Positions 9,368 through 19,105 of a DNA stretch of 64,000 nucleotides are shown here, in pieces. A program made the translations under genes and the position numbers. The notes below the pieces were generated by a model. It saw only the letters and a list, made by a program, of their open reading frames with translations, ran no database searches and was not told where the DNA came from. Each line of letters opens with the position of its first letter. The stretch's first letter is position 1. The DNA comes from Candidatus Rehaiarchaeum fermentans. GTDB lineage: Archaea > Nanobdellota > Nanobdellia > Parvarchaeales > Parvarchaeaceae. Where the stretch lies: the NCBI GenBank assembly GCA_025920435.1, contig JAPDLT010000001.1:1539-65538 (forward strand), written 5' to 3'.

Positions 9368-9920
9368 ATTCTATAAAAGAAGAATAAATAGATTCAAAGT
9401 CAAATTTTTTTGATCTAGTGAATATTTCTGAAAAACACGAAGGTAGAACAAAATTAGAAAGTGAAGAATAAGTTATTACTGCGCGTTTACTAAAATTAGG
9501 AAGATCTTTCAAAAATCGATATAATATTTCATTTCCTTCTTCTCCCCCTATTAAGTCTACATAGCTTTCTTTACCCGGTAAATAAGGAGCATTGAATATA
9601 ATTAAATCAAACTTCTCGTTTATTTTTTCAAATAAATTTGATTGTATAAATTCTGCATTCTTTATTTTTTCTTTTTCACATGCTTGTTTAGTATAGTCTA
9701 TTGCTTCTTTATCTATATCTACAAATACGACTTTATCAAGATTAAATTTTCTTGCTAAATTTATCCCTATGAAACCAGTTCCACAACCCATTTCCATTAT
9801 TTTTCTTGCATTTGTCAATTGAATTGCTATTTCGCTGACTTCTAAGGTAAGAAAAGAGTCATCATTTGGTAAGTAAACCATAAGCAATTCTGTAATTGCA
9901 AACTTCACATATTTCTCCAC
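9354..9920 (-). CDS. class I SAM-dependent methyltransferase, HemK/Mtq2-like (N5-glutamine or related amino-methyltransferase)
   Basis: It has the SAM-binding motif MEMGCGTGFIG, acidic VFVDID, and an NPPY-type motif as DLIIFNAPYLP. Length is 188 aa. Confidence 0.6.
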   Translation of the reverse strand: MEKYVKFAITELLMVYLPNDDSFLTLEVSEIAIQLTNARKIMEMGCGTGFIGINLARKFNLDKVVFVDIDKEAIDYTKQACEKEKIKNAEFIQSNLFEKINEKFDLIIFNAPYLPGKESYVDLIGGEEGNEILYRFLKDLPNFSKRAVITYSSLSNFVLPSCFSEIFTRSKKFDFESIYSSFIEFTSR

Positions 9921-10767
9921 TACTTGGGAATCCGCATATTTTACATTTACTCAGTTTCTTGCTCTCAAAATTAAATTTGTTTTTTAATTTAATTGCATTA
10001 TTAACGATATTCTTTTTAGAACCCGGGTAGTAATCTTCTAATCTTTTTATCCATTCTGATACTTCATGTCTTATTCCAAATCTCGTATAAGGACAAGGTT
10101 CATGTAATGCATATATTCCATTAATTATTGCATATAGCATTGTTTCCTTTTCATGTAAAAACATAAATGGTTTTATTCTCGGAACAAACATTTCATTTTC
10201 TTCTATTCCGACATTAGGTCCTATTCTAACAAATCTTTGTATATCTTTCTGTATTAAATTCATTACTATGCTTTCGCTTTCGTCATCAAGGTTATGGGCT
10301 GTTGCTAATTTGTCTAAGTTTAGTTTTTTTGCGGCATAGTTGAGTGCATATCTTCTAAAAGATCCACAAACCTCGCAAGGGATTTTTATTTTGTTTTTCT
10401 TTACTAAATTACTTAGACTTTCTCCAAATAGATCCTTATAAGAAAAAATATAGTAATTAACCCCTATTTTTTCAGTGTATTTTTTCATTATTTCGATTGT
10501 TTTATCTCTGTATCCAGGAATCCCTTCATCTATTGTAATAGAAATTATTTTGTCTTTATCAAAGTATTTAGCAAGAAAATAGAGCAAAGAAAGTGAGTCT
10601 TTTCCCCCAGAGTTAGCTACTCCTATTTTTTCTCCCTTATTAAATAAATTAAACTCTTCAATAGTTTTAAGCGCAGTTTCCTCAAATCTTTTTACAAAGT
10701 GCTCCTTACAAAATGCTCTATTCTCTATTTCTATTATTGCTTTATTTTCACATTCGCTACATTTCAT
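9862..10767 (-). CDS. ncsA: PP-loop ATPase of the NcsA/Ncs6/TtcA family (tRNA 2-thiolation enzyme) with N- and C-terminal zinc ribbons
   Basis: The PP-loop SGGKDS is present in VANSGGKDSLSL. CEVCGSFRR and the C-terminal CKICGF...CEVCNY match the Ncs6/CTU1-type architecture. Confidence 0.7.
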   Translation of the reverse strand: MKCSECENKAIIEIENRAFCKEHFVKRFEETALKTIEEFNLFNKGEKIGVANSGGKDSLSLLYFLAKYFDKDKIISITIDEGIPGYRDKTIEIMKKYTEKIGVNYYIFSYKDLFGESLSNLVKKNKIKIPCEVCGSFRRYALNYAAKKLNLDKLATAHNLDDESESIVMNLIQKDIQRFVRIGPNVGIEENEMFVPRIKPFMFLHEKETMLYAIINGIYALHEPCPYTRFGIRHEVSEWIKRLEDYYPGSKKNIVNNAIKLKNKFNFESKKLSKCKICGFPSSGEICEVCNYRIAYGLLTK

Positions 10768-10769
10768 AA

Positions 10770-11495
10770 CTAAAAGATCTTCCTAGAGAAAAGAAGAAAG
10801 CCAGTGTGGTATAATTGCATGTTTTCTGGTCTCTCTATGTTTCTTTCAGTATCTATTATCCAATCTATTTTGTTTATTTGCATTACTTTATAATTTTCAA
10901 ACTTATATTTAGATATTAAGTTAAAGATTTGAGAGATTGAAGGCAAATAAGTTACTAAATAGCCTCCTTTCTTAAGTACTTCGAATGACTTTTCAATCAC
11001 TTCTTCTGGGTTTGGAATATCGATTATTACGCTATCAAAGCTCTCTTTCTCTTCTTTTATAGATCCCTGCTTAAACTTTATGTTTTTCGCATTGAATATC
11101 TTAGCATTTTCTCTAGCGAGATCAAGGAAGTCACTTCTTATATCATATGATATTACTTCTTTTGCTATCTGAGAAATTATTATTCCTACAGTACCTGCAC
11201 CAGTACCTATTTCCAGAACTCTACTCTTCTTGTTAATATTGGCAAATACTATTATTTCTCCTATGTCCTTAAGTGTAATTATTTGAGGGCCTCTCTTCAT
11301 AATTTCGATAAAGTCTTCGTAAGATGGAGAAGTAACAAGAATTTTCTCGCCCTTGTGAGTTGTTACCACATCATTTATTCTGGCTTTTGCTATATCTTTT
11401 CTCTTTATTATTCCGTACTGAGTATTTATGTCTCCCTTTCTATTAATTTTTATTATTCCTTTTTTTGATAACAAAATCTTTACCATAAATATCAA
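10770..11495 (-). CDS. trmI: tRNA (adenine57/58-N1)-methyltransferase TrmI/Gcd14 family
   Basis: It has the SAM motif VLEIGTGAGTVG and a small N-terminal domain. Length of 241 aa and overall pattern fit TrmI. Confidence 0.6.
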   Translation of the reverse strand: MIFMVKILLSKKGIIKINRKGDINTQYGIIKRKDIAKARINDVVTTHKGEKILVTSPSYEDFIEIMKRGPQIITLKDIGEIIVFANINKKSRVLEIGTGAGTVGIIISQIAKEVISYDIRSDFLDLARENAKIFNAKNIKFKQGSIKEEKESFDSVIIDIPNPEEVIEKSFEVLKKGGYLVTYLPSISQIFNLISKYKFENYKVMQINKIDWIIDTERNIERPENMQLYHTGFLLFSRKIF

Positions 11496-11555
11496 TAAAT
11501 AAGTGTTGAAATTTATTTTTTATTATTTTAAATATATAACTATAAACGTCAAAAA

Positions 11556-12461
11556 ATGAGTAAGATTGCATGTCTACTTATAGATTTCTACAAAGTAGAC
11601 TACATAACTGCCAGAGGCTTCATAAATATTCTAGATAATAACTTAAAGGATTGTATCGTAATTACAGATTCTACTACATATTTTGATACTAAAAATATTA
11701 ATATAGTGGAGTTTCCAAGAAACTCGACTTCTGGGTTGAAGGAGGCAATAGAGGAAGCAATCAAGGAAGGAGCAGAAAAAATAGTACTATTTGAAAACTA
11801 TAACTTGAATAATGCACTTTGGTTCGTTCCTTACCTGGATCTAGAGGGAGTCGTAATTGAAAAGAAAAGATATCGATTGGATATTATAAACAAAATAGTT
11901 GACTTATTTTCCGTTTATCCTATAAAGAAGCTTGCATATAAGAACATAATAGTTGATGCTAATAGTGCATTAGAATTATTAAGTAATGATATTTATACTG
12001 CAATGGGAAGAATAAAAGAAAAATTAGAAATTATAAAAGAAGGTGATATTAAAGATTCATTAAAAGAAGTATTAGAAAAGTTCACAGATCTTAGTTTCTG
12101 GAAATACATAGGAATAAGTTTACTTTCTTACTTTTCTAACATAGGAGCTTTCGTAGCTAGTGTAGTATTTCTTCCTGCTGTTTTTGCTGCAATATTAGCA
12201 AGTGAGGCAGGTGCATTAATTAATTTCTTTCTCAATAGTTCTATTAACTTCAAGCTAGAAAATAAATATAAAGGACTTCTTAAGTATAATTCTCTAGCTT
12301 TTATAAGTATAACATCTCAAGTACTTCAAGTTTTAAGCGAACAAAAGGTAGGCCTACCTGTAGTTTTGTTTTATCCTATAAATTTAATATTGACTTTAGT
12401 AGTAAGTTCTTTATTCTTTAAATTCATTTGGTCTAGGAAAGGAAATAGGCTTTTCTTTTAA
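11556..12461 (+). CDS. hypothetical protein with N-terminal soluble domain and C-terminal TM helices
   Basis: The 301-aa protein has no recognisable motif. Its C-terminal third is hydrophobic. Confidence 0.3.
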   Translation: MSKIACLLIDFYKVDYITARGFINILDNNLKDCIVITDSTTYFDTKNINIVEFPRNSTSGLKEAIEEAIKEGAEKIVLFENYNLNNALWFVPYLDLEGVVIEKKRYRLDIINKIVDLFSVYPIKKLAYKNIIVDANSALELLSNDIYTAMGRIKEKLEIIKEGDIKDSLKEVLEKFTDLSFWKYIGISLLSYFSNIGAFVASVVFLPAVFAAILASEAGALINFFLNSSINFKLENKYKGLLKYNSLAFISITSQVLQVLSEQKVGLPVVLFYPINLILTLVVSSLFFKFIWSRKGNRLFF

Positions 12462-12715
12462 ATTTTATACTCTTATAATTTTTGCGTTATTTTATATTTT
12501 GCACAGCTTATTTACACGAATAAAGTAAATAGGAAGCAAAATATTTTATTCTTATATTTTTTCTTTTGTGTTCTTCTGCGTTTTTAATTTTCTATGATAC
12601 GCTATAATTTTAGATCCTCTTTATATAGAAAAATTAATTATGTGATAAAGATTATTAAAATCAAACGGAATTTTGATAAAAATCACAACCTATTAATCTT
12701 TTAATAATTATCAAA

Positions 12716-12800
12716 TGGACCAGTCGGGATTCGAACCCGAAGTCTCTGCCTTTTTCTAATAAATATGCGAAGGCAGCGTCTTACCGTTAGACCACTGGCC
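12716..12800 (-). tRNA. tRNA-Ala (anticodon CGC) with a 14-nt anticodon-loop intron
   Basis: Minus-strand cloverleaf with acceptor GGGCCAG/CTGGTCC (G3:U70), D-stem GTCT/AGAC, anticodon stem CTGCC/GGCAG enclosing TTCGCA + 14 nt + A, and T-loop TTCGAAT. Confidence 0.7.
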
Positions 12801-12865
12801 CAATTTATAATTGAAGATAAATCTAATAGATTTTATAGTTAAATTTTTTACTTAACAAAAAATTT

Positions 12866-13282
12866 ATGGTAATTGTTTATACTGATGGTGCTTGTAGCGG
12901 AAATCCAGGAAAAGGCGCTTTTGCCTTTGCAATCATAGAAAATAATCATGTTTCTGTAGAAGGCAGATCTGTTGAAAACACTACAAATAATAGAATGGAA
13001 TTGACTGCAGTCATTGAAGCTTTCAGATACTTACGCAAAAACTCTCTAAATGTTGATAATATAGATATTTACACTGACAGTAAATACGTTTATCTTGGCA
13101 TAAGTAATCAAAGATATCTAATTTGGTTAAATAATAAAAAGGGTAAAAATTTAGATTTGTGGGAGGAATTCATGAAAGAAAGCTCGGATATAAAATTTAG
13201 AATATTTTGGGTAAAAGGTCACAGCAATAACACTTTTAATAATGTTGTTGATAAAGTTGCAAGATTTTTAGCATCTCATTAA
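12866..13282 (+). CDS. rnhA: ribonuclease HI (type 1 RNase H)
   Basis: It has the N-terminal IVYTDGACSGNPGKGAF signature and the E...TAVIEAF and D residues of the DEDD catalytic set. Length is 138 aa. Confidence 0.8.
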   Translation: MVIVYTDGACSGNPGKGAFAFAIIENNHVSVEGRSVENTTNNRMELTAVIEAFRYLRKNSLNVDNIDIYTDSKYVYLGISNQRYLIWLNNKKGKNLDLWEEFMKESSDIKFRIFWVKGHSNNTFNNVVDKVARFLASH

Positions 13283-13332
13283 TTACAAAAGTTTTAAACT
13301 GGAAAAAATCTGAAGAATATTTTTATCTAAGT

Positions 13333-14256
13333 TTATATACTCAATTCTTCTATAATTTTGCTTATATCTGTTATTGACCTTCCTTCGCTATCTGCTATAG
13401 GTATATCTATAGGAGGTTTAATTCCTCTTTTCAAGAGTCTATCTTCAAATGTATCAGGATTTTCCCATTGGAAGAAAATGCCTGTGTGTTTATCTTCAAT
13501 AGTTTCACTTAGTATCATTTTAATAGCTTGCATCTTCTTTTCATTCACTTCGTTCATGTCATTTGGATTCTTTACAACTCCGTCATAATTACTGGGTAAA
13601 GGATGAGTATGCGTTGAAAGCCAGCTTGGAGAAGTATAATCGGGGTTGTAAGTTGGGCATCCCTGCAATATATCTATAAGTGCGAGACCTTTATGTTTTA
13701 TTGCTTTTACTATAATTTCCGTTAATTCCTTTATGTTGTAGCTATGTGATCTAGCTACGAAAGTATAACCTGATAATATTGCAAGCGAAAGAGGATCTAT
13801 TGGAGCATTTATGTTAGGTTCGGGCCATCCTTTAACTTTTATGTTTTCTGGCAAAGTGGGGCTAACTTGTCCCTTTGTAAGTCCATAAACTCCATTATTG
13901 TGTACAAGCAACTTTATATCTACGTTTCTTCTGCCAGCACTTATGAAGTGGCCTACTCCAATTCCATATGTATCTCCATCTCCTGCATTTACTAAAACAG
14001 TTAGTTCGGGATTAGCAAGCTTAATTCCTTCTGCAAATGGGATTGCTCTTCCATGCAAAGTGTGAACTCCATTTACATTTATAAAATTTGGTAACTTTGA
14101 AGAACATCCAATTCCGGAAACATCTACTACCTTTTTAGGATCTAAACCTGCCTGTATTATTGCATTCTTTAAACTAAACAATATTCCTGAATTTCCACAT
14201 TGAGGGCACCAATCACTTTCTTCGTGAGAGTCTAAATCGATTAAACTAATAGTCAT
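13333..14256 (-). CDS. porB: pyruvate/2-oxoacid:ferredoxin oxidoreductase beta subunit (TPP-binding)
   Basis: It has the CPQCGN Fe-S/TPP region and GDGD...GIG thiamine-PP binding (NAGDGDTYGIG). It overlaps the upstream alpha subunit by 11 nt. Confidence 0.8.
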   Translation of the reverse strand: MTISLIDLDSHEESDWCPQCGNSGILFSLKNAIIQAGLDPKKVVDVSGIGCSSKLPNFINVNGVHTLHGRAIPFAEGIKLANPELTVLVNAGDGDTYGIGVGHFISAGRRNVDIKLLVHNNGVYGLTKGQVSPTLPENIKVKGWPEPNINAPIDPLSLAILSGYTFVARSHSYNIKELTEIIVKAIKHKGLALIDILQGCPTYNPDYTSPSWLSTHTHPLPSNYDGVVKNPNDMNEVNEKKMQAIKMILSETIEDKHTGIFFQWENPDTFEDRLLKRGIKPPIDIPIADSEGRSITDISKIIEELSI

Positions 14257-16048
14257 TTAATATCACCTTTTTTTCACCGTTTAAAACCTTTTCAAGTGCT
14301 TCTTTCACTTCATCCTTATTCATCATTCTTCCATTATATTTTAGTATTTGATTTTCTATCAATATTCCAGTTCTTGATGCAATATGTTGCCTTAATTGGC
14401 CACTTATATTTTCTTCTATGCACACAACTTTCTTAGCTTTTTTAATAATTTCTCCTATCTCACTGTCTAAAGGCTCTATTAACTTTATTTGCAAGAAGGC
14501 CATTCTATCATCTAATGCATCTAATATTGCTCCTTTTGGAGAACCCCAACTTACTATTAATAGTTGGGCATTTTCAGGTGAACCATATAGATTGAACTTC
14601 TTCGATCTATCTAGAGTTTTTAATATTAATTCACTTTTTCCGTTTCTTTTTTCCATCATTTTTATTCTATTATTACTTTCTTCGTATGGGTGACCGTATG
14701 GATCGTGTTCATCTCCAGCTATCCACATTACATGATCACTTCTTCCAAGTATGAGTCTTGGAGAAATATTATCATTAGTAAATTCAAATCTCTTAAAGTC
14801 ACCTTCATATCCTGCTTTATCTGTAAGTTTGCCTCTTTCTATTCTATAGGAAGATCTAAAATCTTCAATGTATTTTTCTTTTACACTTTTGTACACTTGC
14901 GAAATCGATTTTTCTCCTAATACTATTACAGGTAATTGGAATAATTCAGCATAATTAAAAGCATCTGCAACTATCTCTATTGTTTCTTCTACATCGCCAG
15001 GAGCTATAACTATTCTATCAAAATCGCCATGTCCTTGATGTAATACAAATTGAAGATCTCCTTGTTCAGTTCTCGTAGGAAGACCAGTAGCTGGTCCTCC
15101 ACGTTGATGATCTACCACTACTATAGGAGTTTCTGTCATTCCTGCATAACTTATAGTTTCAGTCATTAGTGCTAATCCAGGACCCGAAGTAGAAGTTGAA
15201 GCTCTTACGCCAGCTATTGCAGCTCCAGTTACCATTCCTATTACTGCAAGTTCACTTTCCGGCTGAATTACTCTTATTCCTAGCTCAGGATGTGATTCCA
15301 AAAAGGAGCTTTCATCACTTGCTGGCGTTATAGGATAATATATTTGAAGTTTGCATCCTCCTATTGCTTTGCCTATTGCACTTGCTTGATATCCTTCTAA
15401 TAAAAGCATTTTTTCTTTTTTTATTGGGTCTAGTTTTAAAATTGGAGAAATATTTTTGATCAAATTTTCTGTTTCTTCTACTGTGCAAATATTCATGTTA
15501 ATCACACTTTCTCCTTTCTTTTCAAACTCTTTTCTTACAATTTCTTTAACTATGTTCAAATCTATTCCAAACATGTAGGCAGAAATAGTAACTATTGCAG
15601 TGTTCTTTGAAATCATTACTTCGCTTGGTTTTGTATTTAATCTTTTTGCAACATTATTTATTATTTGGTCAAAATCAACTTGTAAAACTTTTATATCATT
15701 TCTTTTAATTTGATTTACATCTACAATTTTATCTACAATAAGTGTACCTCCTTCTTTTATGTCCTTGATATGGCCATCTTGTATTATTTCTCCATGTTCA
15801 TTTTTTTCTCCAAAAACTGATTCTTTGTCCGCAAAAACAGCTAAGTCTACCTTTCTACTTATTGAATGTATTTCTTTATCGGAGATTCTTATTGTAAAAA
15901 AGCTATGCCTTCCTTTTATATTTGAAAAGTATTCTCTGTAACCATACACATTATATCCGTTCTTTATAAGTATTTTAGAAAAAAGATTAGCGGAAGAATC
16001 TATTCCACTTCCTTGTTTTCCTCCTGTCATCCAGCTTATATCAATCAT
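14246..16048 (-). CDS. porA: pyruvate/2-oxoacid:ferredoxin oxidoreductase alpha subunit (fused alpha/gamma, 600 aa)
   Basis: It is adjacent to and overlapping porB. The pyrimidine-binding-domain pattern (GAAIAGVRAS, TETPIVVVDHQRGGPATGLPT) and ~600-aa size fit two-subunit archaeal OFORs. Confidence 0.75.
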   Translation of the reverse strand: MIDISWMTGGKQGSGIDSSANLFSKILIKNGYNVYGYREYFSNIKGRHSFFTIRISDKEIHSISRKVDLAVFADKESVFGEKNEHGEIIQDGHIKDIKEGGTLIVDKIVDVNQIKRNDIKVLQVDFDQIINNVAKRLNTKPSEVMISKNTAIVTISAYMFGIDLNIVKEIVRKEFEKKGESVINMNICTVEETENLIKNISPILKLDPIKKEKMLLLEGYQASAIGKAIGGCKLQIYYPITPASDESSFLESHPELGIRVIQPESELAVIGMVTGAAIAGVRASTSTSGPGLALMTETISYAGMTETPIVVVDHQRGGPATGLPTRTEQGDLQFVLHQGHGDFDRIVIAPGDVEETIEIVADAFNYAELFQLPVIVLGEKSISQVYKSVKEKYIEDFRSSYRIERGKLTDKAGYEGDFKRFEFTNDNISPRLILGRSDHVMWIAGDEHDPYGHPYEESNNRIKMMEKRNGKSELILKTLDRSKKFNLYGSPENAQLLIVSWGSPKGAILDALDDRMAFLQIKLIEPLDSEIGEIIKKAKKVVCIEENISGQLRQHIASRTGILIENQILKYNGRMMNKDEVKEALEKVLNGEKKVILNDY

Positions 16049-16130
16049 TTTTATTAATTCATTAAAACGTTATAAATTTTTCTTTATTAATTTTGATTAG
16101 TCTTTAATTTTATCCTTGATAAACTAAATT

Positions 16131-18191
16131 TTAATTGGCTTCTACAAATATCTTAAAATCTGCTGCTACAGCAGATGATTGAGATACTATCAAAGGATTC
16201 AAGTCAATATCTTTTATATTAGGATTTACTTGCATGAATTTTCCGAGCCTTATTATATAACTTATTATTTTGTCAAAAATCTCAGGATTTGAAGCAGACA
16301 ATATTAATTTACCTATTTTTGTATCTTTTAATTCTTCTATTTTTTGATCAGATAATTGTGGAAGAACAAATTCAACTTCGCCTATTTCATTTGCATATAT
16401 TCCCCCTATTCCTAAAGCTATCATTGGACCAAATATAGGATCTCTGTGCCCACCTAATAAAATTTCAACATATTTTTTATTTCCTTTCGTTGCATCTTCA
16501 TAAATTTCTATGTTTGCATTTTCAAGTTTGTTTTTCTTTATTATTTCATTCAAATCTTTGAAGGCTTTTATTAATTCTTCTTCGTTCTTTATTCCAGTTA
16601 TTACTCCTCCTATCTTATTTTTGTGGGCTACATTATTAGAAGATATCTTTAATACACAAGGATAACCTAGCTTACTAATTTTCTCTTTTAGATCCTTTTC
16701 ATCTTTTATTATCATACCATTTACTGTTTCTATTCCTATTTTATCAAAAAATTGTTTTGCGTTAATTCCAAAAGCATTCTTATTTACGTTAAACTTAACA
16801 ATCTTTACTCTTTCTTTGCTATATCTTTTATAAGTAGGATTTCTATGGGAATAATAAAAGTATAATCCTTTTATTATATCGACGACTTCATTAGGATAGT
16901 AATATGCAGGTAGTCCTTTTTCTATAAGAAATCTTCTTGCTTTTTCTACGTTAGTTCCTCCTAAAAATAGAGGGAAAAGTGGCAATTCTGGCTTCTTTAA
17001 ATGCATATCATATATTACTTTTGCAGTATCTATTGGCATTGACATTTCTTGAGGAGAAAATATAACTATGGTTGGTTTATTAAGATTACTAACTATATCT
17101 AGCGTTTCTTTATATCTTTCAGGAGAGGCATCTCCAAGCATATCTATAGGATTATGAAGATTTGATTCTGCAGGAAGTATTTTAGACAGAGCAGATACAG
17201 TTTCTTCACTTATTTCCGCTCTTTTTAATCCTGCTTCATATAGATGATCAGCAGTTATTACACCTCCTCCTCCAGAATTAGTTACTATTACCACTTCATT
17301 TGTTTTTACTTCGAATTTGGCGGCATCTCTCATGAAATTGAAAAGATCGTCTACATTAGATACCACTATTGCTCCTGCTTCTTCAAAAGCTAACTGATAT
17401 GCTTTATAATTTCCTGCTAAAGATCCAGTGTGAGACATTACTGCTGAAGATGTTTCATTTGATCTACCTCCTTTCAATATTACAACGGGCTTTTTCTTTG
17501 TAGTTTCTTTGAGACTTTTTAAGAATTTTTCGCCATTTGTTATGCCTTCTATGTAAAGTACTATTGCCTTAGTTTTTTCATCTTCTCTCAAATAATCCAT
17601 TATGTCAGCTTCATCTATGTCAGTTGAATTGCCTATACTTATTATTTTACTAAATCCTATATTGTTCATTGATGCATCATCCACTATTGCACTTAGCAAT
17701 GCTCCGCTTTGAGATATAAATGCTGTGCTTCCTTTAAAAACAGTAGTGTTAGGATCTACAAAAGTCATGTTTACGGAAGGATCAGTATTTATAATACCTA
17801 AACAATTTGGTCCCACTACTCTTATTTTAGATCTTTTAAGAAATTCTTTCAATTCATTTTCTCTTTCCTGACCAATTCCTCCTATTTCTTTGAATCCCGC
17901 ACTTATTATAATAGCAAAACTTACTTTCTTTTTTTCACATTCCTTTAAAGCATCAAGTACTTTCTCAGCAGGTATAGAAATTACAGCTACGTCTATGTTA
18001 TCTTCTATATCTAAAATAGATTTATAACTCTTTATCCCTTGTATTTGATCGGCAAATGGATTTACTACGAATATCTTTCCTTTGTAAGTAAGCTTTATGT
18101 TTCTAAGAATAGCACTTCCTACTTTATTTGGATTCCTAGAAGCTCCTATTACAGCGATTGATTTAGGATTAAATAATTTATCAAATAACAT
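16131..18191 (-). CDS. acd: ADP-forming acetyl-CoA synthetase (fused alpha-beta, CoA-binding + ATP-grasp)
   Basis: The N-terminus is the CoA-binding motif SIAVIGASRNPNKVGS. The central succinyl-CoA-synthetase-like domain and C-terminal ATP-grasp region fit this family. Length is 686 aa. Confidence 0.75.
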   Translation of the reverse strand: MLFDKLFNPKSIAVIGASRNPNKVGSAILRNIKLTYKGKIFVVNPFADQIQGIKSYKSILDIEDNIDVAVISIPAEKVLDALKECEKKKVSFAIIISAGFKEIGGIGQERENELKEFLKRSKIRVVGPNCLGIINTDPSVNMTFVDPNTTVFKGSTAFISQSGALLSAIVDDASMNNIGFSKIISIGNSTDIDEADIMDYLREDEKTKAIVLYIEGITNGEKFLKSLKETTKKKPVVILKGGRSNETSSAVMSHTGSLAGNYKAYQLAFEEAGAIVVSNVDDLFNFMRDAAKFEVKTNEVVIVTNSGGGGVITADHLYEAGLKRAEISEETVSALSKILPAESNLHNPIDMLGDASPERYKETLDIVSNLNKPTIVIFSPQEMSMPIDTAKVIYDMHLKKPELPLFPLFLGGTNVEKARRFLIEKGLPAYYYPNEVVDIIKGLYFYYSHRNPTYKRYSKERVKIVKFNVNKNAFGINAKQFFDKIGIETVNGMIIKDEKDLKEKISKLGYPCVLKISSNNVAHKNKIGGVITGIKNEEELIKAFKDLNEIIKKNKLENANIEIYEDATKGNKKYVEILLGGHRDPIFGPMIALGIGGIYANEIGEVEFVLPQLSDQKIEELKDTKIGKLILSASNPEIFDKIISYIIRLGKFMQVNPNIKDIDLNPLIVSQSSAVAADFKIFVEAN

Positions 18192-18349
18192 TTTATTATT
18201 ACTAAATTATTTTATTTATATCATATCGTAAATTTTCTAGTGTGTTTTGAAAGTAAGAATTTTTAAACTATAAAATTAAAAAAACTTAAGTAAAAATTTT
18301 AATTTCTATTGATTGCTTAAATTTATATACTGCGAATAATCAACACTTA

Positions 18350-19087
18350 ATGGAAAAGGGTGGAGCTTTCATAGTAATTCTAATTCTTATAGTAATAGGA
18401 GTGTTATTTTTCTTGTATGAAAATAAGTATTATCTTTATAGAGTAATTTCCTATTTGCCATATCCATTAAGTAAGTATATATTACCAGTTGCTGCCAAAA
18501 ATACGACTTTCTTTTCCTATAGCGGGCTACCTTCTGCTAATTATTGTTATTGGAATATTTCTGTAATTAGCTCTACAAATATTTCAATTTCTTCACTTTC
18601 TATTTCAGTAATAAATTCTCTAACTCCATTGAAGCCCTTGTTTTTAACTAGCGAAGGAATACCTTGCTATGAAAACGCAATTTTTAATACTACTCATATT
18701 AAAGAAGTTACTGCCATTCCTTATTCATCTTTATTCATAACGAGCTATCCTATACAAATTAATGGGTCTTACAATAACAAAACATCCTTTAAATATTTGA
18801 TTCCGCTATTTCCTTATTTGCCATTATATTCACAACTCAAATTTTTAAACTTCCCTAATGGATATACTTCCCCTGATTTTTCACTTTCAAACGCAGAAAT
18901 TTCTAAGATATATGGTAACCAAAGTTGTAGAGTAAACGCTTCAATATATATTCCGAATGAAAGCACTTATACGTTCTCGACTGGAAATGCATATTCTATT
19001 AATTTTATAAAATCGTTTTCGATTAAAACAATTGTAAGCAATTGTACTAATTTAATAAATAAAATTAAACAGAATGTAAGTGTTTAA
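18350..19087 (+). CDS. hypothetical secreted/surface protein rich in N-glycosylation sequons
   Basis: It has an N-terminal hydrophobic signal/anchor followed by many N-x-S/T sites (NTTF, NISV, NISI, NGSY, NKTS, NESTYT). Confidence 0.35.
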   Translation: MEKGGAFIVILILIVIGVLFFLYENKYYLYRVISYLPYPLSKYILPVAAKNTTFFSYSGLPSANYCYWNISVISSTNISISSLSISVINSLTPLKPLFLTSEGIPCYENAIFNTTHIKEVTAIPYSSLFITSYPIQINGSYNNKTSFKYLIPLFPYLPLYSQLKFLNFPNGYTSPDFSLSNAEISKIYGNQSCRVNASIYIPNESTYTFSTGNAYSINFIKSFSIKTIVSNCTNLINKIKQNVSV

Positions 19088-19105
19088 ATTTTTCTATTTA
19101 GTATT

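Noticed and set aside
12462-12715. A 250-bp AT-rich non-coding gap upstream of tRNA-Ala(CGC), scanned for ncRNA or repeats
   Set aside because: No inverted or direct repeats, conserved RNA motifs, or ORFs could be recognised by eye. It is probably promoter/terminator space for the flanking convergent genes.
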